Shown one piece after another: positions 7,885 through 17,069 of a stretch of 32,000 bases of DNA; the stretch's first letter is position 1; each line of letters opens with the position of its first letter. The notes beneath the pieces are model-generated. The model worked only from the letters and a program-made list of their open reading frames with translations. It was not told where the DNA came from and ran no database searches. The DNA comes from Pseudoalteromonas translucida KMM 520 (GTDB lineage Bacteria > Pseudomonadota > Gammaproteobacteria > Enterobacterales > Alteromonadaceae): contig NZ_CP011034.1 of the NCBI RefSeq assembly GCF_001465295.1, positions 1,260,001 through 1,292,000 on the forward strand, read 5' to 3'. The position numbers and the translations under genes are program-made.

Positions 7885-10773
7885 ATGAAGCATTTAGGGA
7901 TTTTATGTGTATTTTTCGTCATGTTCACGTGTCAGGTGCAGTCACAAGCTCGCTTACCTTTAAGTGATTATTTTTTTGAAACATGGAATACCCGCTCAGG
8001 CCTGCCTCACAATAGTATTAATAGCTTAGCACAAACTCAAGACGGTTACTTATGGATAGCAACATGGGAGGGTTTAGCGCGCTTTAATGGCCAAGAATTT
8101 AAGCTATTTACTCGTGCTGAAATCAATAACCTGCCTGACTCAGGGCTTCGTGCTCTTACTCCCACCAATGACGGCGGCTTATTAATAGCCGGTTCAAGAG
8201 GCGGTATTAGCTTATATCAATATAGGCAATGGAATACTCAGCCGAGTGCCTCAGCTATGGTTAATCATATAATTAAAAGTAACGATGACGGGTTTTGGCT
8301 AGCATTAGAAAATGATGGTGTGTTTTACCGTGGGGCTAATAGTAAACACGATCAGGCTATTGTTCATAATGTTAGCGCCTACCGTGTACTTGAAGATGCC
8401 AACGGCGTTATTTGGGCTGCTACTAGCGATGGTTTATATAAAATTGTTGATCAGCAAGCAAGCTTAATAACAGCCGATGACGGGCTACCCAATGCAGCCG
8501 TTTATACGCTACTACTTACTCGCCAAGGGGAATTAATTATTGGCAGTGAGCGCGGTGCTTATATTCTCAAAGACGCAGTATTTACTGCCATTCATCCACA
8601 GCTTAGTGCTGAGTCTATTTCTAGTTTATTAGAAGATAACCATGGTGATTTATGGTTTGGCACTATTAATAAAGGTGTTTTTCGACTCAGTGTGGCTGGA
8701 CTAGAGCAATTAGACGCGAAAGGCGGGCTCCCTGCCAATAGAATATTGTCTTTATTACAAGACAGAGAAAACAGTATTTGGGTGGGTACTAATGCTGGGC
8801 TTTTTAGATTAAGAGAAGCGCCATTTACCGCCTGGACTACTAAGCGGGGGTTAGCTGGTGATTACGTGCGAACGGTATTATCGCACTCCGATGGTAGCTT
8901 ATGGGTAGGGAGTAGTGCCGGCCTTAACAAAATTAAAAATAACAATGTAATTCAAATAGAAGGCACTAAAGAAGGTTCTCCCTATTCGGTATTGAGCTTA
9001 CTAGAAGACAAGGATGGTGATGTATGGATTGGCACTTATACATCGGGTGTATTAAAGGTTAGTAATAATAAAATAACGCCTTATTTAAATCGTAGTAATG
9101 GCCTTGGGAGTAACGAAGTAAGAGGGCTATTACTCGACTCTAAACAGCGGTTATGGATTGGCTCTGCTATGGGGTTAACGCGAGTTGAAAAAGATGGCTC
9201 ATTAGTGCAATTTACCAATAAAAAAGAGCTGCCTAGCGGTTTTATTTTAGCACTCAGTGAAGACAAAAAAGGCAATGTTTGGATTGGCACCGGCAATGGT
9301 GTTGTGCTGTTTAATATGCTAACTGAGCAATTTAGTGCCATAAGCTTTCCGGTGCAATTTGCTGCCGAGTATGGGTTTGGTTTTTATTTTGATGACGACT
9401 ATACATGGATGACTACAGATCGTGGGTTAGTGCGTTATGAGCACAGTACAGGAAAAATGGCTATTTTAGGGCGGGAGCAAGGACTGCCAGTCGATAAGTT
9501 ATTTCAAATTGTGGCTCATAAAAATTCATTCTGGTTATCGAGTAACCGCGGGGTTATTCAGGTTGATCGCCAGCACGTTAATCATGTTCTAGATGCAAAA
9601 CAAAAAAATATAAATATTCCACTTGTATTCCAACTTTATGACGAGGGCGATGGCATGCTCAGTGCACAAGTTAATGGCGGCTCGACCCCATCAGCAACAG
9701 TGCATAAAGATGGCACAATTTGGTTTGCTACTGCAAAAGGAGTAAGCGCGCTAAAACCTGAGTTATTGCAAGCATCAACTAAAGTAAACTTGCCTACTAT
9801 GATTGAGAGCTTTAGCGTTAACGGCAGAGCAACAGCGCTCCCATTAGATGGTGAAACAGTATTATTGCCGCCTAATGTTTCTAGGTTATCTTTTCAGTAT
9901 GCGGGTTTGAGTTTTATTATGCCGCAGCGTTTAAGTTTTCAAACACAGTTAGAAGGTTTTAATAAAGAGTGGGTAAACCGCCAGCACATGACTGGTGCAG
10001 AATACACCAACTTACCTGCAGGTAAGTATACGTTTAAGGTGCGCGCCGGGTATCCAAATACGCAATGGCAGCAAAATGAGCAAAAAATTAGCTTTATAAT
10101 TCAGGCACATTATTGGCAAAAACTGAGCTTTAAATTAACGCTGTTTTTTACTTTTTTGGTCACTATATATGCTATTTATAAATACCGCTTATATCATTAT
10201 AAAAAAGTAGAGGCAGAGCTAACCAAACGAGTAGAGAAGCAAACACAAGACCTTCAAGATCAAGCCAATGCCTTTGCTTATCAAGCCACTCACGACCAAC
10301 TTACTGACATGCCTAACCGGCGCGCTTTTGATAGTTGGTTAGCAGCAAACTTTGCCACTTATAAGCAGAAAAATAAAATATTGGCTATTGCTATCATGGA
10401 TATAGATCACTTTAAGCGAGTGAACGATGGCTGGTCACACATTGTTGGCGATAAAGTTATTTGTGAAATAGCCAAAATGCTTAAATCGCGCTGTGAAGGA
10501 GAGCAACAAGTAGCTCGCTGGGGCGGGGAGGAATTTACCTTAGTATTCCCTAACAAAACAGCAGCAGAAGCAAAGCTCATGTGTGAACTATTACGGGAGG
10601 ATATTGCAAGTAACGACTTTTCAGTAATTGCAGAAGGGCTGCATCAAGTAACCGCAAGTTTTGGTGTTTCTGATTCCAATAATATAGACGATTACGACCG
10701 ACTGTTATCGGGAGCCGATCAGGCATTATACAAAGCGAAAAACGGTGGCCGTAATCGTACCGAAATCATGTAA
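7885..10773 (+). CDS. Periplasmic two-component-regulator-propeller / Y_Y_Y sensor fused to a GGDEF diguanylate cyclase
   Basis: Signal peptide MKHLGILCVFFVMFTCQVQSQA. About 650 aa of repeated blades follow (G.LW.GT..GL type), then a Y_Y_Y-like segment (YTFKVRA) and one TM helix (LTLFFTFLVTIYAIY). The GGDEF domain has an intact GGEEF. No RxxD I-site is present (EGEQ occupies that position). ATG 7885 is preferred over GTG 7882. Confidence 0.9.
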   Translation: MKHLGILCVFFVMFTCQVQSQARLPLSDYFFETWNTRSGLPHNSINSLAQTQDGYLWIATWEGLARFNGQEFKLFTRAEINNLPDSGLRALTPTNDGGLLIAGSRGGISLYQYRQWNTQPSASAMVNHIIKSNDDGFWLALENDGVFYRGANSKHDQAIVHNVSAYRVLEDANGVIWAATSDGLYKIVDQQASLITADDGLPNAAVYTLLLTRQGELIIGSERGAYILKDAVFTAIHPQLSAESISSLLEDNHGDLWFGTINKGVFRLSVAGLEQLDAKGGLPANRILSLLQDRENSIWVGTNAGLFRLREAPFTAWTTKRGLAGDYVRTVLSHSDGSLWVGSSAGLNKIKNNNVIQIEGTKEGSPYSVLSLLEDKDGDVWIGTYTSGVLKVSNNKITPYLNRSNGLGSNEVRGLLLDSKQRLWIGSAMGLTRVEKDGSLVQFTNKKELPSGFILALSEDKKGNVWIGTGNGVVLFNMLTEQFSAISFPVQFAAEYGFGFYFDDDYTWMTTDRGLVRYEHSTGKMAILGREQGLPVDKLFQIVAHKNSFWLSSNRGVIQVDRQHVNHVLDAKQKNINIPLVFQLYDEGDGMLSAQVNGGSTPSATVHKDGTIWFATAKGVSALKPELLQASTKVNLPTMIESFSVNGRATALPLDGETVLLPPNVSRLSFQYAGLSFIMPQRLSFQTQLEGFNKEWVNRQHMTGAEYTNLPAGKYTFKVRAGYPNTQWQQNEQKISFIIQAHYWQKLSFKLTLFFTFLVTIYAIYKYRLYHYKKVEAELTKRVEKQTQDLQDQANAFAYQATHDQLTDMPNRRAFDSWLAANFATYKQKNKILAIAIMDIDHFKRVNDGWSHIVGDKVICEIAKMLKSRCEGEQQVARWGGEEFTLVFPNKTAAEAKLMCELLREDIASNDFSVIAEGLHQVTASFGVSDSNNIDDYDRLLSGADQALYKAKNGGRNRTEIM

Positions 10774-10831
10774 TTGAAAAGTGCCTCAGTTGCACACATA
10801 TAGAGAGTATACATTGAGCGAAGGCATCAGC

Positions 10832-11656
10832 ATGATAAATGGATTGTTAATTGTTACCTTAATTATTTTTGTGGTTATTTTTTGGCGTTGGCCTGCTATT
10901 CAAAATAGATTATGGCGACGTAAATATAAAACTCTTGAGCTTAATTCGCAGCAAAAAGATATTTTACTGCGTTGTATGCCTATTTATAAAAAAATGACCG
11001 ATGCCGATAGAGCAAAGTTAGAACGCCATATTATGTGGTTTTTAAGCGAAAAACGCTTTGTAGGGTGCGATGGCTTAAAACTAACTGGCGCAATGAAGTT
11101 AATAGTTGCTGCCGACGCCTGCCTGCTAGTGCTCAATAAGCCTTGGCCTTTGTATAAAAACGTAAAAGAAATACTCCTATACCCAAGTGCTTATTATGCG
11201 CCGCAGTCAACGCGTGATAGTGCTGGCTTAGTTAGCTATCATAATGCTGTTAGGCTAGGAGAGTCGTGGCCAGGCGGTACACTAGTACTTAGTTGGCACG
11301 ATGTCCTAGAGGGGAATAGATTACCCAGTGATGGCCATAATTTAGTGTTTCATGAATTCGCGCATCAGCTAGATCAAGAAACCGGCAAAACAACCGGCAC
11401 GCCGTTACTTAAAACTGCAGCCGAGTATAAAGAATGGGGGCGCGTATTTAGTCGTGCCTTTAATCAGTTAAAAAGTCATGTTGCTTATAGTATGGAGCAC
11501 GTTATTCATAGTTATGGTACGACTAATGAGGCTGAATTTTTTGCGGTGATCACCGAAACCTTTTTAGAAAAACCAGCAGAACTGCGCCGATATGATCCTG
11601 AAATTTATCGCTTGCTGGTGGACTATTATCAATTTGACCCTATAGTCTGGCATTAA
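10832..11656 (+). CDS. M90 family zinc metallopeptidase (MtfA-like) with N-terminal TM helix
   Basis: HEFAHQLD zinc motif, and NEAEFFAVITETF matches the MtfA block AECFAVLSEYF. The N-terminal hydrophobic helix is MINGLLIVTLIIFVVIFW. ATG 10832 is preferred over the track start GTG 10781. No terminator follows the upstream DGC gene. Confidence 0.8.
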   Translation: MINGLLIVTLIIFVVIFWRWPAIQNRLWRRKYKTLELNSQQKDILLRCMPIYKKMTDADRAKLERHIMWFLSEKRFVGCDGLKLTGAMKLIVAADACLLVLNKPWPLYKNVKEILLYPSAYYAPQSTRDSAGLVSYHNAVRLGESWPGGTLVLSWHDVLEGNRLPSDGHNLVFHEFAHQLDQETGKTTGTPLLKTAAEYKEWGRVFSRAFNQLKSHVAYSMEHVIHSYGTTNEAEFFAVITETFLEKPAELRRYDPEIYRLLVDYYQFDPIVWH

Positions 11657-11755
11657 TTTACGGCATTTCATCCTATAACGCTGGCAACTTGTCGGCGTTT
11701 TTGTTGCAATCATGTAAGAGAGTTACATAGAGCAACAATAATAAGTGAGAATTGC

Positions 11756-14700
11756 ATGAAAAAAATGCTGCAAACGGTGCTAGCTTTATCTGTGTCATTG
11801 GCATTAGGCAACGCACAAGCCCAACAAGACGATGAGCCAAAATGGCAAGTAGATTCACCTAAAGGGCAATTTGTAGATGCCACCATTAGTGTTGATCAAG
11901 GCACATGGATGAACTTAGATATTAGCCCTGATGGTAAAACACTGGTGTTTGATTTACTTGGCGATATTTATACTATGCCAATAAGTGGTGGCAGTGCCAC
12001 ACAACTTACCTCAGATATTGCATGGCAAATGCAACCGCGCTTTAGCCCAAATGGTAAACACATTGCTTTTACCTCAGATCAAGGTGGCGGCGATAATATT
12101 TGGATTATGGATTTAAACGGCGAAAACCAAAGTGCAGTAACCGACGAAACCTTTCGCTTATTAAACAGCCCTGCATGGAGTCCTGATGGCGACTACCTAG
12201 TTGCCCGTAAACACTTTACCGCAAGTCGCTCATTAGGGGCAGGCGAAGTATGGCTTTATCATAAAGCGGGTGGCAAAGGAGTACAGCTTACCAAGCGAGC
12301 CGACGATCAAAAAGATTTGGGTGAGCCAATGTTTTCGCCAGATGGTCGTTATGTGTACTTTTCACATGATGCAACGCCAGGCAAAACCTTTCATTATTCA
12401 AAAGACTCTGTAGCGGGAATTTATAAAATAAAACGTTACGACCGTGAAACCGGAGAAATTGAAACGGTGATTAGTGGCATGGGTGGCGCAATTAGACCAA
12501 CACCCTCACCCGATGGTAAAAAGCTTGCCTATATAAAGCGTGACGACTTTCAAACTAGTCTGTATTTATACGACTTAACTAGCGGTGAACATACTAAACT
12601 CTACGATAAGCTAGAGCGTGATATGCAAGAAACTTGGGCTATTCATGGTGTTTACCCGACGATTGCTTGGACGCCAGATAACCAACAACTGGTATTTTGG
12701 GCTGGTGGCACAATACATAAACTCGATGTTAGCGACAAATCGGTAGAAACCATTGCTTTTAAAGTACAAACCACTAAAAAAATTCAAAAAGCAGTGCGTT
12801 TTACACAAAACCTCGATACAGATGAATTTGATGTAAAAATGCTGCGTAACGTACAAATTAGCCCAGATGGTGAAACGGCTATTTTTGAAGCGTTAGGACA
12901 CATTTATAAACGTGATTTAGAATCAGGTAAAATTAAACGCTTAACCAAACAAACCGATCATTATGAGTTATTTCCGCAGTACTCGCGCGATGGCAAAAAA
13001 ATAGTTTACACCACATGGGACGATAACGAGCAAGGCCAAGTACGTGTGGTTTCTGCACGAAGTGGCCGTGGCGATACTATAACTGAGCAACCGGGTAAAT
13101 ACGTTGAGCCTACCTTTAGCCCAGACGGTAAAACAGTGGTTTATCGCAAAGCCACCGGTGGCAGTATTTTAAACCCTAAGTGGTCGCTAAACCCAGGCGT
13201 TTACAGCGTAAGCACTAAAGGTGGCAAAAGTGAGTTAATTTCAAAAAGTGGTTATCAGCCACAGTTTGGTGCAGCTAACGATCGGGTTTACATTATGAGC
13301 CCATGGCCAAAACCAACGCTTAGTGTAGTTGAGCTTGATACTAAAAAAGTACGTAAGCTTTACGAATCTGAGCATGCCACCGAATTTAGAGTATCGCCAG
13401 ATGGCCAATACCTTGCATTTGCGGAGCGTTTTAAAGTATTTGTAACACCGTTTGTAGAAAGTGGTAAAACGCTTAATATTAGCCCCACAGACAACCAATT
13501 TCCTATTGAGCAGCTCTCTGTTCGTGCAGGAGAAAGCATTAGTTGGAGCGCTAACAGCAATAAGCTGTATTGGACCTTAGGCCCTGAGCTTTACCATGCC
13601 AGCCTTGAGGGTATGTTTGCTATTAACAAAGCTGACGATAAAGACTTTAAAGTAAAAAGTGGCGATAACATTAGCTTTAGTAAAAAAATGGCTGAGCCAA
13701 AGGGCATGATAGCCCTAACTGGCGCTAAGATTATTACTATGGATGGTGAAAAAGTGATTGAGAATGGCGTGATTATCACCGATGGTAAGCATATAAAAGC
13801 CATTGGTACAGCCGCTGATATAAGCATTCCTAAAGGTGCTAAAGTAGTTGATGTAACAGGCAAAACGATTATGCCTGGGATAGTCGATGCTCATGCGCAT
13901 GGCTCGCAAGCAAGTGATGAAATTATTCCACAACAAAACTGGAAAAACTTTGCAGGGCTTGCATTAGGTGTAACCACAATTCACGATCCATCAAACGATA
14001 CCTCTGAAATATTCACCGCCAGCGAAATGCAAAAAGCAGGCATGATAGTTGGCCCGCGTATATTCTCTACCGGTACGATTTTATATGGCGCGAATATGCC
14101 AGGGTATACCTCGCATATTGACTCGTTAGATGATGCTAAATTTCATTTAGAGCGTTTAAAAAAGGTCGGCGCGTTTAGTGTTAAATCGTACAATCAACCG
14201 CGTCGCGAGCAACGCCAGCAAGTAATAGAAGCAGGGCGTGAACTGCAAATGATGGTAGTGCCTGAAGGTGGTTCATTACTACAACATAACCTAAGTATGA
14301 TAGTAGATGGGCATACAGGCATTGAGCATTCAATTCCAGTAGAGCATATTTACGACGATATAAAACAGCTGTGGTCACAAAGTGATGTAGGTTATACGCC
14401 AACGCTGGTTGTAGCCTATGGCGGTATTTGGGGCGAAAATTACTGGTACGATAAAACGGATGTGTGGAATCACCCACGGTTAAGTAAGTTTGTACCTAAA
14501 AACCAATTACTACCACGCTCAATGCGCCGTGTTAAAGCACCTGAGCATCACTATAACCATTTTAACAATGCCCGCGTAGCTGCTGAGCTGCAAGACTTAG
14601 GTGTGCTAGTTAACTTAGGTGCGCATGGCCAACGTGAAGGTTTAGGTGCGCACTGGGAAATGTGGATGTTTGCCCAAGGTGGTATGACCCCACTTGAAGC

Positions 14701-14938
14701 AATTAGAGCCTCTACACTTGATCCAGCTAAGTACTTAGGGCTAGATAAAAACGTCGGATCGCTTGAAGTAGGTAAACTTGCTGATTTAATGGTAATTGAT
14801 GGCGACCCGTTAAGTAATATCCGCGACTCAGACAAAATTGACTACACCATGATCAACGGCCGCTTATTTAATGCCGCAACTATGGTTGAGGTGGGTAAAA
14901 AACAGCGTAAACCACTTTATTTTGAAAGCAACAAATAG
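11756..14938 (+). CDS. Secreted TolB-like beta-propeller (PD40/WD40-like repeats) fused to a metal-dependent amidohydrolase domain
   Basis: Signal peptide MKKMLQTVLALSVSLALGNAQA. PD40-like repeats recur (FSPDGK.I.F, WSPDGDYL, PSPDGKKLAY, ISPDGE, FSPDGKTVVY, VSPDGQYLAF). The C-terminal amidohydrolase has PGIVDAHAHG (HxH metal site) and the GKLADLMVIDGDPL tail. Confidence 0.85.
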   Translation: MKKMLQTVLALSVSLALGNAQAQQDDEPKWQVDSPKGQFVDATISVDQGTWMNLDISPDGKTLVFDLLGDIYTMPISGGSATQLTSDIAWQMQPRFSPNGKHIAFTSDQGGGDNIWIMDLNGENQSAVTDETFRLLNSPAWSPDGDYLVARKHFTASRSLGAGEVWLYHKAGGKGVQLTKRADDQKDLGEPMFSPDGRYVYFSHDATPGKTFHYSKDSVAGIYKIKRYDRETGEIETVISGMGGAIRPTPSPDGKKLAYIKRDDFQTSLYLYDLTSGEHTKLYDKLERDMQETWAIHGVYPTIAWTPDNQQLVFWAGGTIHKLDVSDKSVETIAFKVQTTKKIQKAVRFTQNLDTDEFDVKMLRNVQISPDGETAIFEALGHIYKRDLESGKIKRLTKQTDHYELFPQYSRDGKKIVYTTWDDNEQGQVRVVSARSGRGDTITEQPGKYVEPTFSPDGKTVVYRKATGGSILNPKWSLNPGVYSVSTKGGKSELISKSGYQPQFGAANDRVYIMSPWPKPTLSVVELDTKKVRKLYESEHATEFRVSPDGQYLAFAERFKVFVTPFVESGKTLNISPTDNQFPIEQLSVRAGESISWSANSNKLYWTLGPELYHASLEGMFAINKADDKDFKVKSGDNISFSKKMAEPKGMIALTGAKIITMDGEKVIENGVIITDGKHIKAIGTAADISIPKGAKVVDVTGKTIMPGIVDAHAHGSQASDEIIPQQNWKNFAGLALGVTTIHDPSNDTSEIFTASEMQKAGMIVGPRIFSTGTILYGANMPGYTSHIDSLDDAKFHLERLKKVGAFSVKSYNQPRREQRQQVIEAGRELQMMVVPEGGSLLQHNLSMIVDGHTGIEHSIPVEHIYDDIKQLWSQSDVGYTPTLVVAYGGIWGENYWYDKTDVWNHPRLSKFVPKNQLLPRSMRRVKAPEHHYNHFNNARVAAELQDLGVLVNLGAHGQREGLGAHWEMWMFAQGGMTPLEAIRASTLDPAKYLGLDKNVGSLEVGKLADLMVIDGDPLSNIRDSDKIDYTMINGRLFNAATMVEVGKKQRKPLYFESNK

Positions 14939-14977
14939 CATTTAAAGTGAGAGTTTAAATAACCCATAACACATTTA

Positions 14978-15015
14978 AAAGCGGCTAACTTAGTTTTAAG
15001 TTAGCCGCTTTTTTA
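14978..15015 (+). terminator. Rho-independent terminator of the amidohydrolase gene
   Basis: GCGGCTAACTTA (14981-14992) pairs with TAAGTTAGCCGC (14997-15008), followed by TTTTTT. Confidence 0.75.
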
Positions 15016-15020
15016 TAGGT

Positions 15021-15050
15021 ATAAAAAAACCGCTTAACGCGGTTTATTTT
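15021..15050 (-). terminator. Rho-independent terminator of the 113-aa minus-strand gene
   Basis: AACCGC (15028-15033) pairs with GCGGTT (15039-15044). On the minus strand a T-run follows (complement of the A-run 15023-15029). Confidence 0.6.
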
Positions 15051-15067
15051 AAAATCACATTAGGGTG

Positions 15068-15409
15068 TTAAACAACACCGCGCGGTAAACGACAGTCGTG
15101 CTCTTTACGCGCTAATTCTACAATCCAAAACTCTTCAGCTGTGTAACCGTCTTCATTTTCGGTAACAACAGTAAATGGTGCTTTTTTCTGTGCTTTAGCA
15201 GGCGCAGCCACTTTAGTTTTTTTCGTTTTAGCAGTTTTGCCAGAAGTTAATTTTTTAGTTAACTCTGCTACATCAGCTAGGCGTAAGTTTTTGCCGCCAT
15301 CGATGCTGTACCAGCCTGGTTTTGTAGTGATTTCAGGTTTTTTACCGTTGGCAGCTTCATACGCTGATTCAAAGGCAGATAACACTGCTGTTTTGTCTAG
15401 TTTGCTCAT
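15068..15409 (-). CDS. Hypothetical small protein with a central Lys/Ala-rich linker
   Basis: 113-aa ORF with its own terminator and a weak SD (AGGG about 8 nt upstream). It has a composite layout: a folded-looking N-terminus, then KTAKTKKTKVAAPAKAQKK, then a C-terminus ending EEFWIVELARKEHDCRLPRGVV. I do not recognise a family. Confidence 0.6.
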   Translation of the reverse strand: MSKLDKTAVLSAFESAYEAANGKKPEITTKPGWYSIDGGKNLRLADVAELTKKLTSGKTAKTKKTKVAAPAKAQKKAPFTVVTENEDGYTAEEFWIVELARKEHDCRLPRGVV

Positions 15410-15559
15410 TAGAGACCCTATACGTTGTTAACACAGATAAAGAAGTCCTATTTATACCTATTTTAAAAGTGTTTTTCAATTTTTTGCGATTTTCCTTCCA
15501 TTTTAGCCCATAAACAGCCAAAATTTGCACAAAATTCAGTGTTAAGTAAGGTAACTTGT

Positions 15560-16312
15560 ATGCAACGTCGAGAATTTAACCAGCTGTTAAATGACATTTT
15601 AAAACCCCACACAATTAATGATTTTTGCCCAAATGGCCTACAAGTTGAAGGCAAAAATGAAATTAAAACCATAATTACTGGTGTTACTGCAAGCCAAGCA
15701 CTGATTGATGCTGCAATAGAAAAAAATGCTGATGCAATATTAGTGCACCATGGGTACTTTTGGAAAGGCGAATCGCAACCAATTACAGGTATGAAAAAAC
15801 GCCGCATTGGTGCGTTGTTAGCAAATGACATTAACTTATTTGCTTATCATTTACCGCTCGATATACATCCGGTGCTTGGTAATAACGCACAATTAGCACT
15901 GCTGCTAGATATTGAAATTGAGGCGGGTTTAGAGCCTGTTGCAAACAGCGTGGCAATGAAAGGACGTTTAAAAACACCGTTAACGGGTGAAGAGTTTGCC
16001 AATAAGATAGCCCAAGTGTTAAACAGAACACCACTGAGCAGTTTAGTACGAACCGATAAAGTAGAGACAATTGGGTTATGCACAGGTGGCGGGCAAGGTT
16101 ACATTGACCTAGCTGCAGAGCAGGGCCTTGACGCCTATTTAACCGGCGAAGCGTCGGAGCAAACTATTCATAGCTCGCGTGAGCAGAATATTGACTTTTT
16201 TGCTGCAGGGCACCACGCCACAGAACGCTACGGCATTAAAGCATTAGGCGAGCTACTCGCCCAAGAGCATGGTTTTGACGTCACATTTATTGACATAGAT
16301 AACCCAGTATAA
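15560..16312 (+). CDS. ybgI: Nif3-like dinuclear metal centre protein (YbgI family)
   Basis: Near-collinear with E. coli YbgI (PNGLQVEGK, ITGVTASQALID, VHHGYFWKGES, LLANDINL..HLPLD.HP.LGNNAQLA, CTGGGQ, TGE.SEQTIH, AAGHHATER, DVTFIDI.NP). ATG 15560 is preferred over the track start 15539. Confidence 0.88.
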   Translation: MQRREFNQLLNDILKPHTINDFCPNGLQVEGKNEIKTIITGVTASQALIDAAIEKNADAILVHHGYFWKGESQPITGMKKRRIGALLANDINLFAYHLPLDIHPVLGNNAQLALLLDIEIEAGLEPVANSVAMKGRLKTPLTGEEFANKIAQVLNRTPLSSLVRTDKVETIGLCTGGGQGYIDLAAEQGLDAYLTGEASEQTIHSSREQNIDFFAAGHHATERYGIKALGELLAQEHGFDVTFIDIDNPV

Positions 16313-16346
16313 ATAGTTGAAAATGTAATACATATAGAACCATCAT

Positions 16347-16381
16347 TAGCTACCTAGCTGTTATATAAAGTTAGGTAGCTA
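16347..16381. repeat. Perfect 10-bp inverted repeat with a 15-nt spacer, downstream of ybgI
   Basis: TAGCTACCTA (16347-16356) and TAGGTAGCTA (16372-16381). No T-run follows, so it is not a canonical terminator. Confidence 0.5.
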
Positions 16382-16673
16382 GGTGAATAATTGGCTAGTG
16401 GCTAATGCATTGAGAAATTATTTATAAAGAGGTGAGACTCATCATTAGCTGTCATGGCTTTGGTAAATAACGCAAAACCATACTAATACATGTGTTAGTG
16501 AACGTTGCGGCTGTGGAGTTTTCACTAAATGCAAAGTAAAAGGTGAAACTTAAATTATTAATCTATAAAGCTATTTAAGCAGCCATCGCGTTTTAGGGCT
16601 TAGTGTTTGAAGCCGCTTTTTCTATAACTAGCAGCTTCAGAGCCTCGAATATAAGTAATGAGAGGAGTCACTT

Positions 16674-17006
16674 TTGAGCGAAATAAAAATATTTGGTCTT
16701 TTTTTAATTACTGCTTTGGCAGAAATAATAGGCTGTTACTTACCATACCTTTGGTTGCGCGAGGGGAGATCGGTTTGGTTACTTGTTCCTGCAGCCCTTA
16801 GCCTGGCTATATTTGCTTGGTTATTGTCGTTACACCCAGCAGCTGCGGGTAGGGTGTATGCCGCTTATGGTGGCGTGTATATTTTCATGGCTATTTTGTG
16901 GTTGTGGATTGTTGATGGTATTCGTCCAACTACATGGGATCTTGTGGGTTCAGGTGTAGCACTTGTGGGTATGGCTATCATTATGTTTGCTCCACGTAGC
17001 GTATAA
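16674..17006 (+). CDS. ynfA: YnfA family (UPF0060) small inner-membrane protein, SMR-like fold
   Basis: 110 aa, collinear with E. coli YnfA ([48 protein letters not shown]). It starts at TTG 16674, with GAGAGGAG 7-14 nt upstream. Confidence 0.88.
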   Translation: MSEIKIFGLFLITALAEIIGCYLPYLWLREGRSVWLLVPAALSLAIFAWLLSLHPAAAGRVYAAYGGVYIFMAILWLWIVDGIRPTTWDLVGSGVALVGMAIIMFAPRSV

Positions 17007-17069
17007 CATAGTATCTGAGGTGGTAGGTTTGTAATTACAGCGTAGTTAAAAAACTGCATATATTCGTAA

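Noticed and set aside
12611-14835. Seven minus-strand ORFs (66-98 aa) inside the 1060-aa amidohydrolase gene
   Set aside because: All are embedded antisense in a long, motif-rich CDS. Their compositions are odd and they have no start context.
16400-16673. Guanidine, fluoride or another known riboswitch upstream of ynfA
   Set aside because: The TAGGG at about 16594-16598 resembles a fragment of the ykkC consensus. None of the other conserved blocks, and no ACGR loops of mini-ykkC or crcB-motif elements, are present.
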